A stretch of 42,151 nt of DNA from a virus. Taxonomy: Duplodnaviria > Caudoviricetes. Location: the IMG/VR virus record IMGVR_UViG_3300037604_000080, positions 1 to 42,151 of that record, one strand, 5' to 3'. Below the pieces are notes generated by a model. That model was not told the origin of the DNA. It was given only the letters and a program-made list of their open reading frames with translations, and did no database searches. Shown in pieces: positions 17,751 to 27,547 of this stretch (positions are counted from its first letter, which is position 1; every line of letters begins with the position of its first letter). The position numbers and the translations under genes were made by a program.

Positions 17751-19336
17751 AGGTGGCCAAGCAGAACCTGGCGGACCGACTGATCGGCTGGATCAGCCAG
17801 AAGACAGGGCTTGACCGCCTGCGCTACCGCAGCGCCCTCTCCACCGCGTCGGGCTATGCTGGTGCGCGGCGTGATCGGAACGTGACCGTCAACTGGCGCG
17901 GTGCTGCTGCCTCGGCGGATGCGGATACCTTGCCCGATCTCGACGAACTGCGCGGCCGGTCGCGCGACTTGGTCCGCAACGATCCGATCGGGCAGTCGTC
18001 GATCGCGACCAAGGTCACCAACGTGATCGGGGCGGGGCACATGGTCCGCCCGGAGATCGACGCGGAGCGGCTGCGGATGACGCCCGACCAGGCCCGCGCC
18101 TGGGAGCGCGAGGCGCTGGACATCTGGACCGACTGGGCCGGGTGCCGGGATTGCGACATCACGCGCGTCCAGACCTTTGGCGAGTTGGAGGATTTGGTCT
18201 TTCGGTCGCGGCTACTGTCGGGGGATGTCTTTGTCGTCCGGCGGTTCAAGCGCCGGGCGGGGCGCCTGCTGGCGACGGCAGTGCAGGTGGTCGAGGCGGA
18301 CCGGATCAGCAACCCGCACTGGCGGACCGACAGCGACGACATCGCCGGCGGGATCGAGTTCGACGGGGACGGGGCCGCCGTGGCCTACCACGTCGCGGAC
18401 CGTTACGTGCTGGATCGTGGGTTGAAGGGCAGCACAACCTGGCAGCGCATCCCGGCCTACGGCGCGCGCGGTGAATGGCAGGTCCTGCACGTTCACAACA
18501 CGCGCTGGCGACCGGACATGAGCCGCTATGCGCCGATGCTGGCTCCGGTCATCACCTCGCTGAAACAGCGGTCGGAATACACCGAGGCAGAGCTGCAGGC
18601 CGCTGTGGTCAGCGCCTGTTTCGCAATCGGGATGACCTCGGAGGGGGGCGACCTGTCGGAGGGGCTGAAAACCTCCGGTTCAGGTGGGTCGGAAGCGAAA
18701 CAGGACATCCGGCTGACTGATCCGGGGATGGTGTTTGACCTGCTGCCCGGCGAGTCCGTGCAAAGCTTCGCGCCCGGACGCCCGTCGCCGCAGTTCACGC
18801 CGTTCATCGAGGCGGTGGCGCAGGAGGTCGGGGCAGGGACCGATCTGCCCTACGAGCTGCTGCTTAAGAAGTTCCAGGCCAGCTATTCGGCCAGCCGCGC
18901 CGCGCTTGAAATGGCCTGGCAGTTCTTTCGCGTGGACCGGGCGCAGCATGTCGCCCAGTTCTGCCGTCCTGTCTACGAGGCTGTGATCTCGGAGGCAGTG
19001 GCGCGTGGGTTGATCGCGGCGCCCGGGTTCTTCGACAACCCGCTGATGCGGCAGGCCTACCTGCGCGCGACATGGATGGGACCGGCGCGGATCTCGATTG
19101 ACCCGGTCAAGGACGCAAAGGCCGATCGGGAATACCTGGACATGGGCGCTACCTCGCTGACCGCGATCACCGCGGCGCGCTTTGGCCTTGATCACCGCGA
19201 CGTCCGCAAGCGGCGGCAGGAGGACGGCAGCGAGTCTGTCGGCGCCTCCGGATCATCCGCCGAAGGTCCGGACGAGGAAGACGACGACGACACTTCGGAC
19301 AATGAAACAGCACCGGGGGCACGCCATGCAGGTTGA
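17747..19336 (+). CDS. Portal protein, lambda family
   Basis: LRGRSRDLVRND, SYSASRAAL and IDPVKDAKA motifs. Confidence 0.93.
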   Translation: MKVAKQNLADRLIGWISQKTGLDRLRYRSALSTASGYAGARRDRNVTVNWRGAAASADADTLPDLDELRGRSRDLVRNDPIGQSSIATKVTNVIGAGHMVRPEIDAERLRMTPDQARAWEREALDIWTDWAGCRDCDITRVQTFGELEDLVFRSRLLSGDVFVVRRFKRRAGRLLATAVQVVEADRISNPHWRTDSDDIAGGIEFDGDGAAVAYHVADRYVLDRGLKGSTTWQRIPAYGARGEWQVLHVHNTRWRPDMSRYAPMLAPVITSLKQRSEYTEAELQAAVVSACFAIGMTSEGGDLSEGLKTSGSGGSEAKQDIRLTDPGMVFDLLPGESVQSFAPGRPSPQFTPFIEAVAQEVGAGTDLPYELLLKKFQASYSASRAALEMAWQFFRVDRAQHVAQFCRPVYEAVISEAVARGLIAAPGFFDNPLMRQAYLRATWMGPARISIDPVKDAKADREYLDMGATSLTAITAARFGLDHRDVRKRRQEDGSESVGASGSSAEGPDEEDDDDTSDNETAPGARHAG

Positions 19337-20699
19337 CCGCTCGGGCCGCATCTGGGCGATGCGGCCGGATGAAATGATGATCGCGCAGGCCGTGCGCGAA
19401 CGTGAGGACATGCGCGAAGCGCGGGCCGTTGCCGAAGTCGCGGGCACCTCGATCCTTGAGGGTTCCGATTTTGCCAAGGTCGTTGACGGGGTGGCGATCG
19501 TCCCTGTTCGTGGCCTCTTGCTGCGGCAGATGTCCTGGTGGTTCTGGAGTTATGAGGAAATCGCGCGCGATGTTGCGCTGGCACAGGCTGATCGTTCGGT
19601 AGACGCCATCGTCCTCGACGTCGATAGCGGTGGCGGGCTTGCGGCTGGCTGCGACGACTGCGCGCGGTTCCTGCGTGAAAGCGGTCCTAAGCCGATCCAT
19701 GCCTTTGTCGGAGGGACGGCGGCATCTGCGGCTTACCACCTCGCCTGCGGCGCAAGCCAAATCACTGTCGGTTCGGGGGCGATGGTCGGTTCGGTCGGCG
19801 CAGTGATCGAGTTCATCGACATGAAGCCGATGCTGGAGGCGATGGGCGCCAAGTTCATCCGCGTCGTGGCTGAACAAAGCCCAAACAAGCGACTGGACCC
19901 GGATAGTCCCGAGGGCCGCGCAGAACTGCAAGCGCTGGTGGACGCGGCAGGCCGCGATTTCGTGGAGGCAGTTGCCGAGTTGCGCGGAGTGTCGACCGAC
20001 GACGTCATGGAGCGCTTCGGGCAGGGCCTCGTCTTTGCCGGGAGTGACGCGCTCGATCGCGGGATGGTCGATGCGCGCGGGACGATGTCCGGCATGATCG
20101 GCGCGTTGTCGGGTGCGCGCGACATGGAAACCGGTTCGGGGCTGGCGGCCCGGACCAATGAAACCGCGGGCCCCGCCACCGCAGCAAAGGAGACTTCCAT
20201 GAACTGGGAAGATCTGACCCTGGCCGGGCTGCGCGAGCATCGGGCCGACCTGGTGACCGAGATCGAAGGCGCGGCCAAGTCCGGCGCGGCCTCGGACACT
20301 GAAACCGCCGTCGCCGCAGCGCTGGAGGAAGAGCGGTCCCGCGTGGCGGCCATCGACGAAATCGCCCGCCCGGGGGCCGAGGACATGGTCGCCAAGGCCA
20401 AGGCCGAAGGCTGGACCGCCGAGACGCTGGCGCTGGAAATGGTCAAGGCGGACAAGGCCAAGGGCGCCGGCTACGTCGCGGACCTGGCTGCGCAGGACGG
20501 TGAGGCGGCGGTGGTTTCGAAACGCCCGGCGCAGACCGAAGGCGCGGGCGGCACGCCCGAGGAACAGGCTGAGGCCGCCTGGGAGCGCGACGCCGACCTG
20601 CGCGCCGAATTCGGCGGCAACAAGGACGCCTACCTGGCGTTCAAGCGCCGCGAAGCCGCCGGGAACATCCACCAGTTCAACGGGAAAAAGGCCGGCTGA
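19326..20699 (+). CDS. S49 head maturation protease with C-terminal scaffold (gpC-like)
   Basis: LDVDSGGG, AASAAYHLA and VGSVGA S49 motifs. Confidence 0.9.
   Translation: MQVDRSGRIWAMRPDEMMIAQAVREREDMREARAVAEVAGTSILEGSDFAKVVDGVAIVPVRGLLLRQMSWWFWSYEEIARDVALAQADRSVDAIVLDVDSGGGLAAGCDDCARFLRESGPKPIHAFVGGTAASAAYHLACGASQITVGSGAMVGSVGAVIEFIDMKPMLEAMGAKFIRVVAEQSPNKRLDPDSPEGRAELQALVDAAGRDFVEAVAELRGVSTDDVMERFGQGLVFAGSDALDRGMVDARGTMSGMIGALSGARDMETGSGLAARTNETAGPATAAKETSMNWEDLTLAGLREHRADLVTEIEGAAKSGAASDTETAVAAALEEERSRVAAIDEIARPGAEDMVAKAKAEGWTAETLALEMVKADKAKGAGYVADLAAQDGEAAVVSKRPAQTEGAGGTPEEQAEAAWERDADLRAEFGGNKDAYLAFKRREAAGNIHQFNGKKAG
20199..20699 (+). CDS. Nested in-frame scaffold protein (Nu3-like)
   Basis: AAGGAG RBS 6 nt before the in-frame ATG (MNWEDL); Ala/Glu-rich helical product. 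Confidence 0.65.
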   Translation: MNWEDLTLAGLREHRADLVTEIEGAAKSGAASDTETAVAAALEEERSRVAAIDEIARPGAEDMVAKAKAEGWTAETLALEMVKADKAKGAGYVADLAAQDGEAAVVSKRPAQTEGAGGTPEEQAEAAWERDADLRAEFGGNKDAYLAFKRREAAGNIHQFNGKKAG

Positions 20700-20727
20700 C
20701 GCCGCCTGACCGAAAGGAGAAAGACAG

Positions 20728-21147
20728 ATGACCACTCTTCCCGCAGACAGCCCGCGGAAGTACCTGTACGGCGACCAGACCGCCTATCCGGTGATCGCGT
20801 CCGACGTGATCTACGAGGGCGCCGCCGTCGGTGAAAACGGGTCGGGGTATGCCCGTCCGCTCCAGGCCGGGGACCGGTTCCTGGGCTTCAACATCGAGAC
20901 CGCCGACAACTCGGCCGGGTCCGCTGGCGACATCGACGTCACCGTCAAGACAAAGGGCAAGATCCAGCTTGCCGTTGCCTCTGCGGCGATCACCGACAAC
21001 GACCGCCCGGCGGTCTACGCCAGCGACGACGACACCTTCACGCTTGTCGCCAGCGGCAATTCCCACATCGGCTATGTCGAACGCTTCGTGTCCTCGGGCG
21101 TGGCCATCGTCGAGTTCGACGCTGCGCTTGTCGGCGCGGCGGTCTGA
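20728..21147 (+). CDS. Capsid decoration/cement protein (DUF2190-like)
   Basis: VYASDDDTFT motif; lies between protease and major capsid. Confidence 0.7.
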   Translation: MTTLPADSPRKYLYGDQTAYPVIASDVIYEGAAVGENGSGYARPLQAGDRFLGFNIETADNSAGSAGDIDVTVKTKGKIQLAVASAAITDNDRPAVYASDDDTFTLVASGNSHIGYVERFVSSGVAIVEFDAALVGAAV

Positions 21148-21164
21148 TCACAGGAGACAGACAG

Positions 21165-22115
21165 ATGAGCAAGAACAAGGGCCTTTCTTCCCGGGCCATC
21201 ATCGGGAACTTCTACCAGCGGCTCGAAGCGACGCTCGAAGCCTCCTGGGCGTCCAGCATCGCCATGACCTTCGAGTCAGACCAGGACAGCGAGACCTACA
21301 AGTGGCTTGGCCAGGCGCCGGCGATGGCCGAACGCAAGGGTGACCGCATCTGGCACGGTCTGCGTGAGAACGGCATCACGATCGCCAACATCGAATGGGA
21401 AAACGGTTTCGAGATCCCGATCGACTGGGTGCGCCGCGACAAGACCGGCCAGATCATGCAGCGCGTCGATGAACTGGCGGTGCGTGCGGTGACCCACCGC
21501 CAGAGCCTGCTGTCGACGAAGATCACCCAGGCGGAAAGCGCCACCTGCTACGATGGGCAGTATTTCTTCGATACCGATCACAGCGAGGGCGATAGCGGAA
21601 CCCAGTCGAACGACATCGGCGTCGACATTTCGGCCCAACCGGCAAGCGTTCACGGTTCGACCACTGCGCCGTCGCCGGAAGAGGTCCGGGCAATGGTCCT
21701 GAAGGGCGTCGAGCAGATCCTGTCGTTCAAGGATGACCAGGGAGAGCCGATGAACGAACTGGCCCGTCAGTTCACCGTCATGGTGCCGACCTCGTATTTC
21801 TCGGCTGCCGCATCGGCGCTGCGGAACCCGGTGCTGGGCGGTGGTGACACCAACGTCATGGTCAACCTCGACGGCTTCTCCTTTGCGTTGGCCACCAACC
21901 CGCGCCTCGCCTGGACCGACAAGCTGGCGGTCTTCCGGGCGGACGGTTCGGCCAAGCCCTTCATCTGGCAGCAGGAGACCGACATCCAGCTGGATGTGAT
22001 CGCCGAAGGGTCCGAGGAAGAGGTCAAGAACAAGCGCTGGCTGTTCGGCACCTCTTACTGGGCAAACGCCGGTTACGGCTACTGGCAGCACGCCTGCCTG
22101 GTGCAGGCGACCTGA
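21165..22115 (+). CDS. Major capsid protein, Mu gpT-like
   Basis: ETYKWLGQAP.M, CYDGQYFFDTDH and AGYGYWQ motifs. Confidence 0.9.
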   Translation: MSKNKGLSSRAIIGNFYQRLEATLEASWASSIAMTFESDQDSETYKWLGQAPAMAERKGDRIWHGLRENGITIANIEWENGFEIPIDWVRRDKTGQIMQRVDELAVRAVTHRQSLLSTKITQAESATCYDGQYFFDTDHSEGDSGTQSNDIGVDISAQPASVHGSTTAPSPEEVRAMVLKGVEQILSFKDDQGEPMNELARQFTVMVPTSYFSAAASALRNPVLGGGDTNVMVNLDGFSFALATNPRLAWTDKLAVFRADGSAKPFIWQQETDIQLDVIAEGSEEEVKNKRWLFGTSYWANAGYGYWQHACLVQAT

Positions 22116-22117
22116 TC

Positions 22118-22459
22118 ATGATCAAGGTGCGCGTGATCAAATCCGAGGGGGCCGTCCTGCGCGGCCCCTGCAAGGTCAAGCTGACCAATGAACAGTGGGC
22201 GCGGCGTGTCTCTGTCCTGGGTCCGGTGCCCAAGCGCCTGAAGGCGGTCGACCTCGACGGCGGTCAGAGCCTGATGTTCAAGCGGGGCGAGGTCATCGAG
22301 GTGGCAGAGTTCAAGGGGCGGCTGAACACGGCGCTGTTCGAAGAGGTTGACCCGAAGCCGGAACCGGACAGCAAACCCGCGGAGGAACCGCCGGGCGCGC
22401 CCGCCATGGAATCGGACAGCAATGCTGGCGGTGATCCCCAGGCGGAGCCGCCCGCGTGA
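22118..22459 (+). CDS. Hypothetical head-associated protein
   Basis: Follows the major capsid gene; acidic/Pro-rich tail. Confidence 0.6.
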   Translation: MIKVRVIKSEGAVLRGPCKVKLTNEQWARRVSVLGPVPKRLKAVDLDGGQSLMFKRGEVIEVAEFKGRLNTALFEEVDPKPEPDSKPAEEPPGAPAMESDSNAGGDPQAEPPA

Positions 22460-22761
22460 CATTCATTGCCGACGCCTCTGCCATCTTCAACGGGCCGCTG
22501 GGGGTGGATGCCACCTACACGCCCGACTGGGGCGCGGCGGCGGACATCCGGGTCATTCCAGACCTTTCAGACAGCCAGGACGGGTTCGGGGCGGGCACTT
22601 TCGTGTCCGCCTCTGCGCGCTTCTGGGTGTTGGTCTCGGACGTGGCCGCGCCCGTGGCGGGCGATACGATCACCATCGACGGAGCAACCTACACGGTTCA
22701 GGGAGAGCCGGTTCGGGATGAACGGCGCCTGAAATGGCGGATCGAGGCGCGTCCGGAATGA
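22456..22761 (+). CDS. Head-tail joining protein (FII-like)
   Basis: P.AGDTITIDG.TY.VQGEP.RD motif. Confidence 0.75.
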   Translation: MTFIADASAIFNGPLGVDATYTPDWGAAADIRVIPDLSDSQDGFGAGTFVSASARFWVLVSDVAAPVAGDTITIDGATYTVQGEPVRDERRLKWRIEARPE

Positions 22762-23390
22762 GCCTGCGCGTGACGCAGGACGGCGACCTGCGCGACATCA
22801 CCCGCCGGGACTTTGAGCAGCTGGAGCGCAGCCACACGGCGGCGATGCGGCGGGCCGGCCAGTTCCTGCAAGATGCGTGGCGGGACGAGATCCGCGAAAG
22901 CGGTCTGGGTGGGCGGCTGGCCAATTCGGTCAGGCACCAGACCTATCCGGAGGGGCAGAACAGCATGAACGCGGCGGCGCTGGTTTGGGCCAACTCGCCC
23001 AAGATCATCCTGTCGCACCTCGAAGGATCGCTGATCCGGTCGCCCAACGGGTTGTACCTGGCGATCCCGGCGCCGGGGGCCGGCAAGCAGCGGTTCGGGC
23101 GCAAGATGACGCCCGCCGCCTTCGAGCAGAAGACCGGGCTGAAGCTGCGGTTCGTCTACCGTGACAGCCGCGTCAGCTTCCTGGTGGCCGATGGAACCAG
23201 GATCAACAAGGGCGGCTTTGTCCGCCAAAAGCGCGGGCGCCGCCGGAAGGACGGAATACTGACCGGGGAACAGACCTCGGTCGTCTTCTACCTCGTGAAA
23301 CAGGTCAAGCTGCGCAAGAAGCTGGATTTCCTCGCGAAGTCGGACGGCTGGGCGGCGCGCATCCTCGATGCCGTGGGCTTTGAAGAATGA
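22758..23390 (+). CDS. Neck/tail-completion protein (DUF6441-like)
   Basis: GLGGRLANSVR...YLAIP...LVKQVKLRKKLD; position. Confidence 0.7.
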   Translation: MSLRVTQDGDLRDITRRDFEQLERSHTAAMRRAGQFLQDAWRDEIRESGLGGRLANSVRHQTYPEGQNSMNAAALVWANSPKIILSHLEGSLIRSPNGLYLAIPAPGAGKQRFGRKMTPAAFEQKTGLKLRFVYRDSRVSFLVADGTRINKGGFVRQKRGRRRKDGILTGEQTSVVFYLVKQVKLRKKLDFLAKSDGWAARILDAVGFEE

Positions 23391-23399
23391 GGGGCAGGG

Positions 23400-23822
23400 A
23401 TGCCGAGTGATGTCGAGGCGCGCCTGTCGGCGTTGCACACGCTGGCGAACGGGGCGGTGACAGGCGGTGTCGAGCGCAACCTTGTCGTTCCGGAGGCCAT
23501 TCCCGCCGCCGGTCTGGTGATCATGCGTGACGGCCGCCCGTTGGTCGAAAGTGTGACCCTGCCGCGCACCTATCACCTCGACCACGATGTCGAGTTCGAG
23601 TTCTACGCCCAGGGCGCCACGGGCCGCGAGGCCGTGACAGACGCCCGCCGCCAGGAGTTTGGCGCCGCGATCGAGGCGGACCGGACGCTGGGCGGCCTCT
23701 GCGACTGGGTCGAGGCGCAGCCGGTCGAGAGCGACGATCAGCGCGTACAGGGCGGCAAAAGCATGCGTGTGGACGTGGTGCGGGTCACCCTGTCCTACGC
23801 CACCACAAACCCTTTGACCTGA
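23400..23822 (+). CDS. Tail terminator protein
   Basis: ADRTLGGLCDWVEA motif; precedes the tail tube gene. Confidence 0.7.
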   Translation: MPSDVEARLSALHTLANGAVTGGVERNLVVPEAIPAAGLVIMRDGRPLVESVTLPRTYHLDHDVEFEFYAQGATGREAVTDARRQEFGAAIEADRTLGGLCDWVEAQPVESDDQRVQGGKSMRVDVVRVTLSYATTNPLT

Positions 23823-23834
23823 AGGAGGCCTGAC

Positions 23835-24785
23835 ATGGCACGAGGAAGGGGCGAGCGGTCACTGGCCGCCGCGGTATTCGAGAGCACCGAAAAGACGGCT
23901 CCGGCGAGCGGGTTCTACTTCCTGCCGCACATGTCCAACGGGCTGGCGCTGGATCGGGGGTTAATCGAGGATGACCTGGTCGGCACCCGCGATCCGGGCG
24001 ATGCGGACCTGGACGTGGCGAATGTCACGGGCGACATCGGCATCCCGATCGACCTGGAGGCCGTGGGCTTCTGGCTCAAGGCGCTGATGGGCACGCCGAC
24101 CAGCGGCGACAACTCGGGCAACTCTGGCTACTACATCCACACCTTCGAATCCGGTGCCTGGTCGCTGCCCAGCTTCAGCCTGGAAAAGCAGGTGCCGGAT
24201 GTTCCCAGCTACGAGATGTTCCGCGGCTGCCGCGCCGACAACCTGCGCCTGACGCTGCAGCGGGGCGGACGGGTCAACGGCACTGTGGGCGTGATCGGGC
24301 AGGCGGTGACGGCGCCGGCCTCCAGCACCGCCGCCGGGACGCCGGCCAGCTACGCCCTGTCGCGCTTCATGCAGCGGCAGGCCAGCGTCGAGATCGACGC
24401 CTCGACACAGGCGAACGTGGTCTCGGCGGACTTCACGTTCAGCAACAACCTGGACCAGGTGGACACGGTGACCGGCGATGAGTTCATCGGCGGGCTGGAC
24501 CCGATGCGTGCCGCCATGACCGGGAACCTGCAGTTGCGCTTTGCCAGCGAAAGCCTGTTCGACACGGCCAAGGCGGGCACGCCGATCGCGCTGTCCTTCG
24601 TCCTGACGAAATCCGCGACGGAAAAGCTGACCCTGGCCATGCCGCGCGTCTTCCTGTCGGTGCCCGGCCGCCCGGTCGAGGGGCCCGGCGGGATCGAGGC
24701 CAACTTCAGCTTCATGGCGGCGCGCGACACCGACGACAGCGCGATGCTGACCGCAACCCTTTTGAACGAGGTCGAAAGCTACTGA
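23835..24785 (+). CDS. Major tail tube protein
   Basis: WSLPSFSLE..VPDVP.Y.MF.GC, FSNNLD and GPGGIEA.F motifs; GGAGG RBS. Confidence 0.85.
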   Translation: MARGRGERSLAAAVFESTEKTAPASGFYFLPHMSNGLALDRGLIEDDLVGTRDPGDADLDVANVTGDIGIPIDLEAVGFWLKALMGTPTSGDNSGNSGYYIHTFESGAWSLPSFSLEKQVPDVPSYEMFRGCRADNLRLTLQRGGRVNGTVGVIGQAVTAPASSTAAGTPASYALSRFMQRQASVEIDASTQANVVSADFTFSNNLDQVDTVTGDEFIGGLDPMRAAMTGNLQLRFASESLFDTAKAGTPIALSFVLTKSATEKLTLAMPRVFLSVPGRPVEGPGGIEANFSFMAARDTDDSAMLTATLLNEVESY

Positions 24786-25159
24786 TGTTCCATCTGACCC
24801 TGAAATCCGAACCCTACTGGATCGACCTGCCGCGCGGCGTGCAGGTGCAGGTCCTGCCCGCGCGGTCCTCGATGATGGACGAGGTCCGGCACGAACTGTT
24901 CGCCGATGTCACCACGGAAGACGCGGGCGAAGAGGATGCCAAGGCCGCCGCGTTGTCGGTCGGGATGTTGGGCTGGGCAAAGGCCATCGCCCGCCACGCC
25001 ATCGTGGCATGGGAAGGGGTCGGGGACGAAACCGGCGCACCGATCGAACCTTCGCCGGATTACATCGACGCCCTGATCGAGGACGACAAGATCTACCAGG
25101 CATGGCGCGACAAGTACGTCCTGCCCGCGTTGGCGGTGGACGAAGAGGGAAACGGCTGA
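24785..25159 (+). CDS. Tail assembly chaperone (gpG-like)
   Basis: AIVAWEGVGDETG; ends in the slippery sequence G GGA AAC. Confidence 0.8.
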   Translation: MFHLTLKSEPYWIDLPRGVQVQVLPARSSMMDEVRHELFADVTTEDAGEEDAKAAALSVGMLGWAKAIARHAIVAWEGVGDETGAPIEPSPDYIDALIEDDKIYQAWRDKYVLPALAVDEEGNG

Positions 25160-25509
25160 GCCGTCGGGCCGAATGGCATTTCGGCTCGGACGGCTATTGC
25201 AGCAGTTGCGCGGGCGTCTGTGACGCCTGCCCGATTAAGGTGAACGCACCGCGGAGCATCGAGGGGCGGCAGGTCTGGGACCTGGCCCTGCGCTGTGGTG
25301 GCCAGATCCGGGCCAGCTCGGGCCGGGTCATCGGATACGACATGACCGCCGTGCTGGCGGTCGGGGATGCGCTGGGCATCCCGAGCGTGGCCGTGGCGGA
25401 GCTGATGCCACGGATCGAGCAGGCGGCGGTGGCCGCGATCAACGAAGCGGCAGACCAGGAAATCGAAAGCGCAGGACATGGTGCAGCGGAAGGTCACATA
25501 CCGGGCTGA
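25147..25509 (+). CDS. gpGT-like chaperone extension made by programmed -1 frameshift
   Basis: Heptamer GGGAAAC at 25147-25153; the -1 frame stays open to 25509 (CxxCxxxCxxCP...VWDLALRCGGQIR) and has no clear start of its own. Confidence 0.75.
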   Translation, partial: GKRLSRRAEWHFGSDGYCSSCAGVCDACPIKVNAPRSIEGRQVWDLALRCGGQIRASSGRVIGYDMTAVLAVGDALGIPSVAVAELMPRIEQAAVAAINEAADQEIESAGHGAAEGHIPG

Positions 25510-27547
25510 ACTCGCCGGCGGCCAGCAGGTCGAGGGCGGGTTCAAGAAGATCGGCGACTCGGGCTGGCAGGCCTATGAAAGGATCGACCGCGGGCAGAAG
25601 TCGGCGGAAAAGTCCGCCAAGTCCTTCGAGCGGATGCTGGATGCGGAAGAACGCCAGTTCAAGGCGCTCAAGGCCAGCATCGACCCGGCCTATGCCGCCC
25701 AGATGCGGTTCGAGAGGGCGCAGGCCCAGGTCAACCGGGCGGTGAAACTGGGGATCACCTCGCAACAGGATGCGGCGCAGGTCCTCGCGCGTCTGGAAAC
25801 ACGTTCGCGGGGCGCGGCGCAGGCGATGGAACTGGTCGACACGGCCAGCGTGGGCGCCAGCATGGGACTGCGCAACAGCCTGTTGCAGGTCAACCAGATC
25901 GGCCAGCAGGTCGCCGCAGGCGGGAACCTGATGAGCGCGGTTGCGATCCAGCTGCCGGACATCCTCGGCGGGTTTGGGGGTATCTTGCCGCTGATCGCTG
26001 GCGCCGCCGTGGGTCTTGGCGCGGCCTTCATTCCCAAGCTGTTCGAAGCGGAAGAGGCGGCAGAGGACCTGGGCCAGGCGCTCGACTCGGCCTTTTCGAA
26101 CTACAAGTCGGCCTTCGAAGAGGCGCGCACTGCGCAGGAACGGTATACTGCGGCCATCGCGCTGACCGGCATCGCGCAGGCGCAGGTGACGCCCCAGGTC
26201 CTGCAATCGCTCAGAATGGAAGCGAGCGCCCGCGAGGCCCTGGCAGAGCTTCGCAAGATGGACCTCGAAGACCAGCAGCGGGCCGCCAGGGCGCGACTGG
26301 CCGAACATGCGCAGCAGCTGAACGAAATGATCCGGCGAGAGCAGGAGATCGCATCTGGCCGGGCGCGTGGCCCGGGGCAGATGATCGGCCGTGACGAGTA
26401 CGATCCTGCCGTGACCGCGCGTGTCAGGGCGGAAAACGAGGCCCTGATCCGCTCTATGGAAGAGCTCAGGCTCAAGCTGGTGATCATCAACGCCGAAATG
26501 AACGCCGGTGTCGACGCCACCGAGAAGATCGACGCCCTGATCAAGGACAGCGAAACGGCGGCGCGAGGCCTGGGCAGTGCCGTGGCCTCGATCGACTTCA
26601 GCAACCCCAACCAGGGCGCGCGCGAACTGCGTGACTTGCTGCGGCAGGGTTTTGTCTATGCGGCGGGGATTGCGCAGGGACTGGTGGACAATGCCCTCTA
26701 CGCAAAACAGGTCGGGCGTGGTCGTGGGGGTGATCCCCGCAACTTCGGAGGCTCTGCCAAGGACTGGCAGACGAACCACATGGGTGCGCAGCTCGCCAAG
26801 AGCCTGCAATTCAAGCTGCCGGACGTCGCCGGTGGCGGCGGCGCCGCATCGCGAGAGTCCAACCGCCTTGACCAGGAGGCCCTGCGCATCCGCCGGGCCA
26901 CCACGACGGCGCTGGAGCAATACAATGCCGAGATGCGACTGGCGCAGGAGCTGCTGGAAACGGGCCGCATCAGCCAGGAGGTCTACAACCGCCATGTCGA
27001 GGCCACGAAAGAGGCCTACCGGAAGGCCAGCGAAGGACAGCAGCAGTTCAGCCGCTACGTCCAGCAGGGCCGGGACGCGGTGATCAACACGATCATGGGC
27101 CAGAAAAACGCCTTTGATCAGCTCAAGCAAGCGATTGCCCGCGCCGCCATCGAATACGCGCTGTATCGGACCATCGCGGGCCAGCCGGTGACGGGCGGCA
27201 TCATGGGGCTGGTCAAGTCGGTGGTCGGGGGCCTCCTGCCCAGCTTCGACACGCGGGGCTATACCGGCAACGGGCCGCGCTCTGGCGGGGTGGATGGCAA
27301 GGGCGGCATGATGGCCGTCGTGCATCCGCGCGAACGCTGGTCCTCGGACGCGGCGGGCGATTACCGGCGCGGGTCCGGCGGCGGTCAGCAGGAGATCCCG
27401 TTCATCGGGATCGGCGACGGCGTGCAGGTGCAGTGGATGCGCGCGGCAGAGGCCCGCAGCCTGCAGCAGCTGGGCGGCTACGCGCAGTTCCAGCGCCAGA
27501 ACTTCGGCGCCATGATCGGTGAGCTGCAGGGCAGGGGGACGCTCTGA
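25478..27547 (+). CDS. Tape measure protein
   Basis: Long Ala/Gln-rich helical protein; AIQLPDILGGFG; C-terminal GYTG.G.RSGGVDGKGG..AVVHPRE. Confidence 0.88.
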   Translation: MVQRKVTYRAELAGGQQVEGGFKKIGDSGWQAYERIDRGQKSAEKSAKSFERMLDAEERQFKALKASIDPAYAAQMRFERAQAQVNRAVKLGITSQQDAAQVLARLETRSRGAAQAMELVDTASVGASMGLRNSLLQVNQIGQQVAAGGNLMSAVAIQLPDILGGFGGILPLIAGAAVGLGAAFIPKLFEAEEAAEDLGQALDSAFSNYKSAFEEARTAQERYTAAIALTGIAQAQVTPQVLQSLRMEASAREALAELRKMDLEDQQRAARARLAEHAQQLNEMIRREQEIASGRARGPGQMIGRDEYDPAVTARVRAENEALIRSMEELRLKLVIINAEMNAGVDATEKIDALIKDSETAARGLGSAVASIDFSNPNQGARELRDLLRQGFVYAAGIAQGLVDNALYAKQVGRGRGGDPRNFGGSAKDWQTNHMGAQLAKSLQFKLPDVAGGGGAASRESNRLDQEALRIRRATTTALEQYNAEMRLAQELLETGRISQEVYNRHVEATKEAYRKASEGQQQFSRYVQQGRDAVINTIMGQKNAFDQLKQAIARAAIEYALYRTIAGQPVTGGIMGLVKSVVGGLLPSFDTRGYTGNGPRSGGVDGKGGMMAVVHPRERWSSDAAGDYRRGSGGGQQEIPFIGIGDGVQVQWMRAAEARSLQQLGGYAQFQRQNFGAMIGELQGRGTL

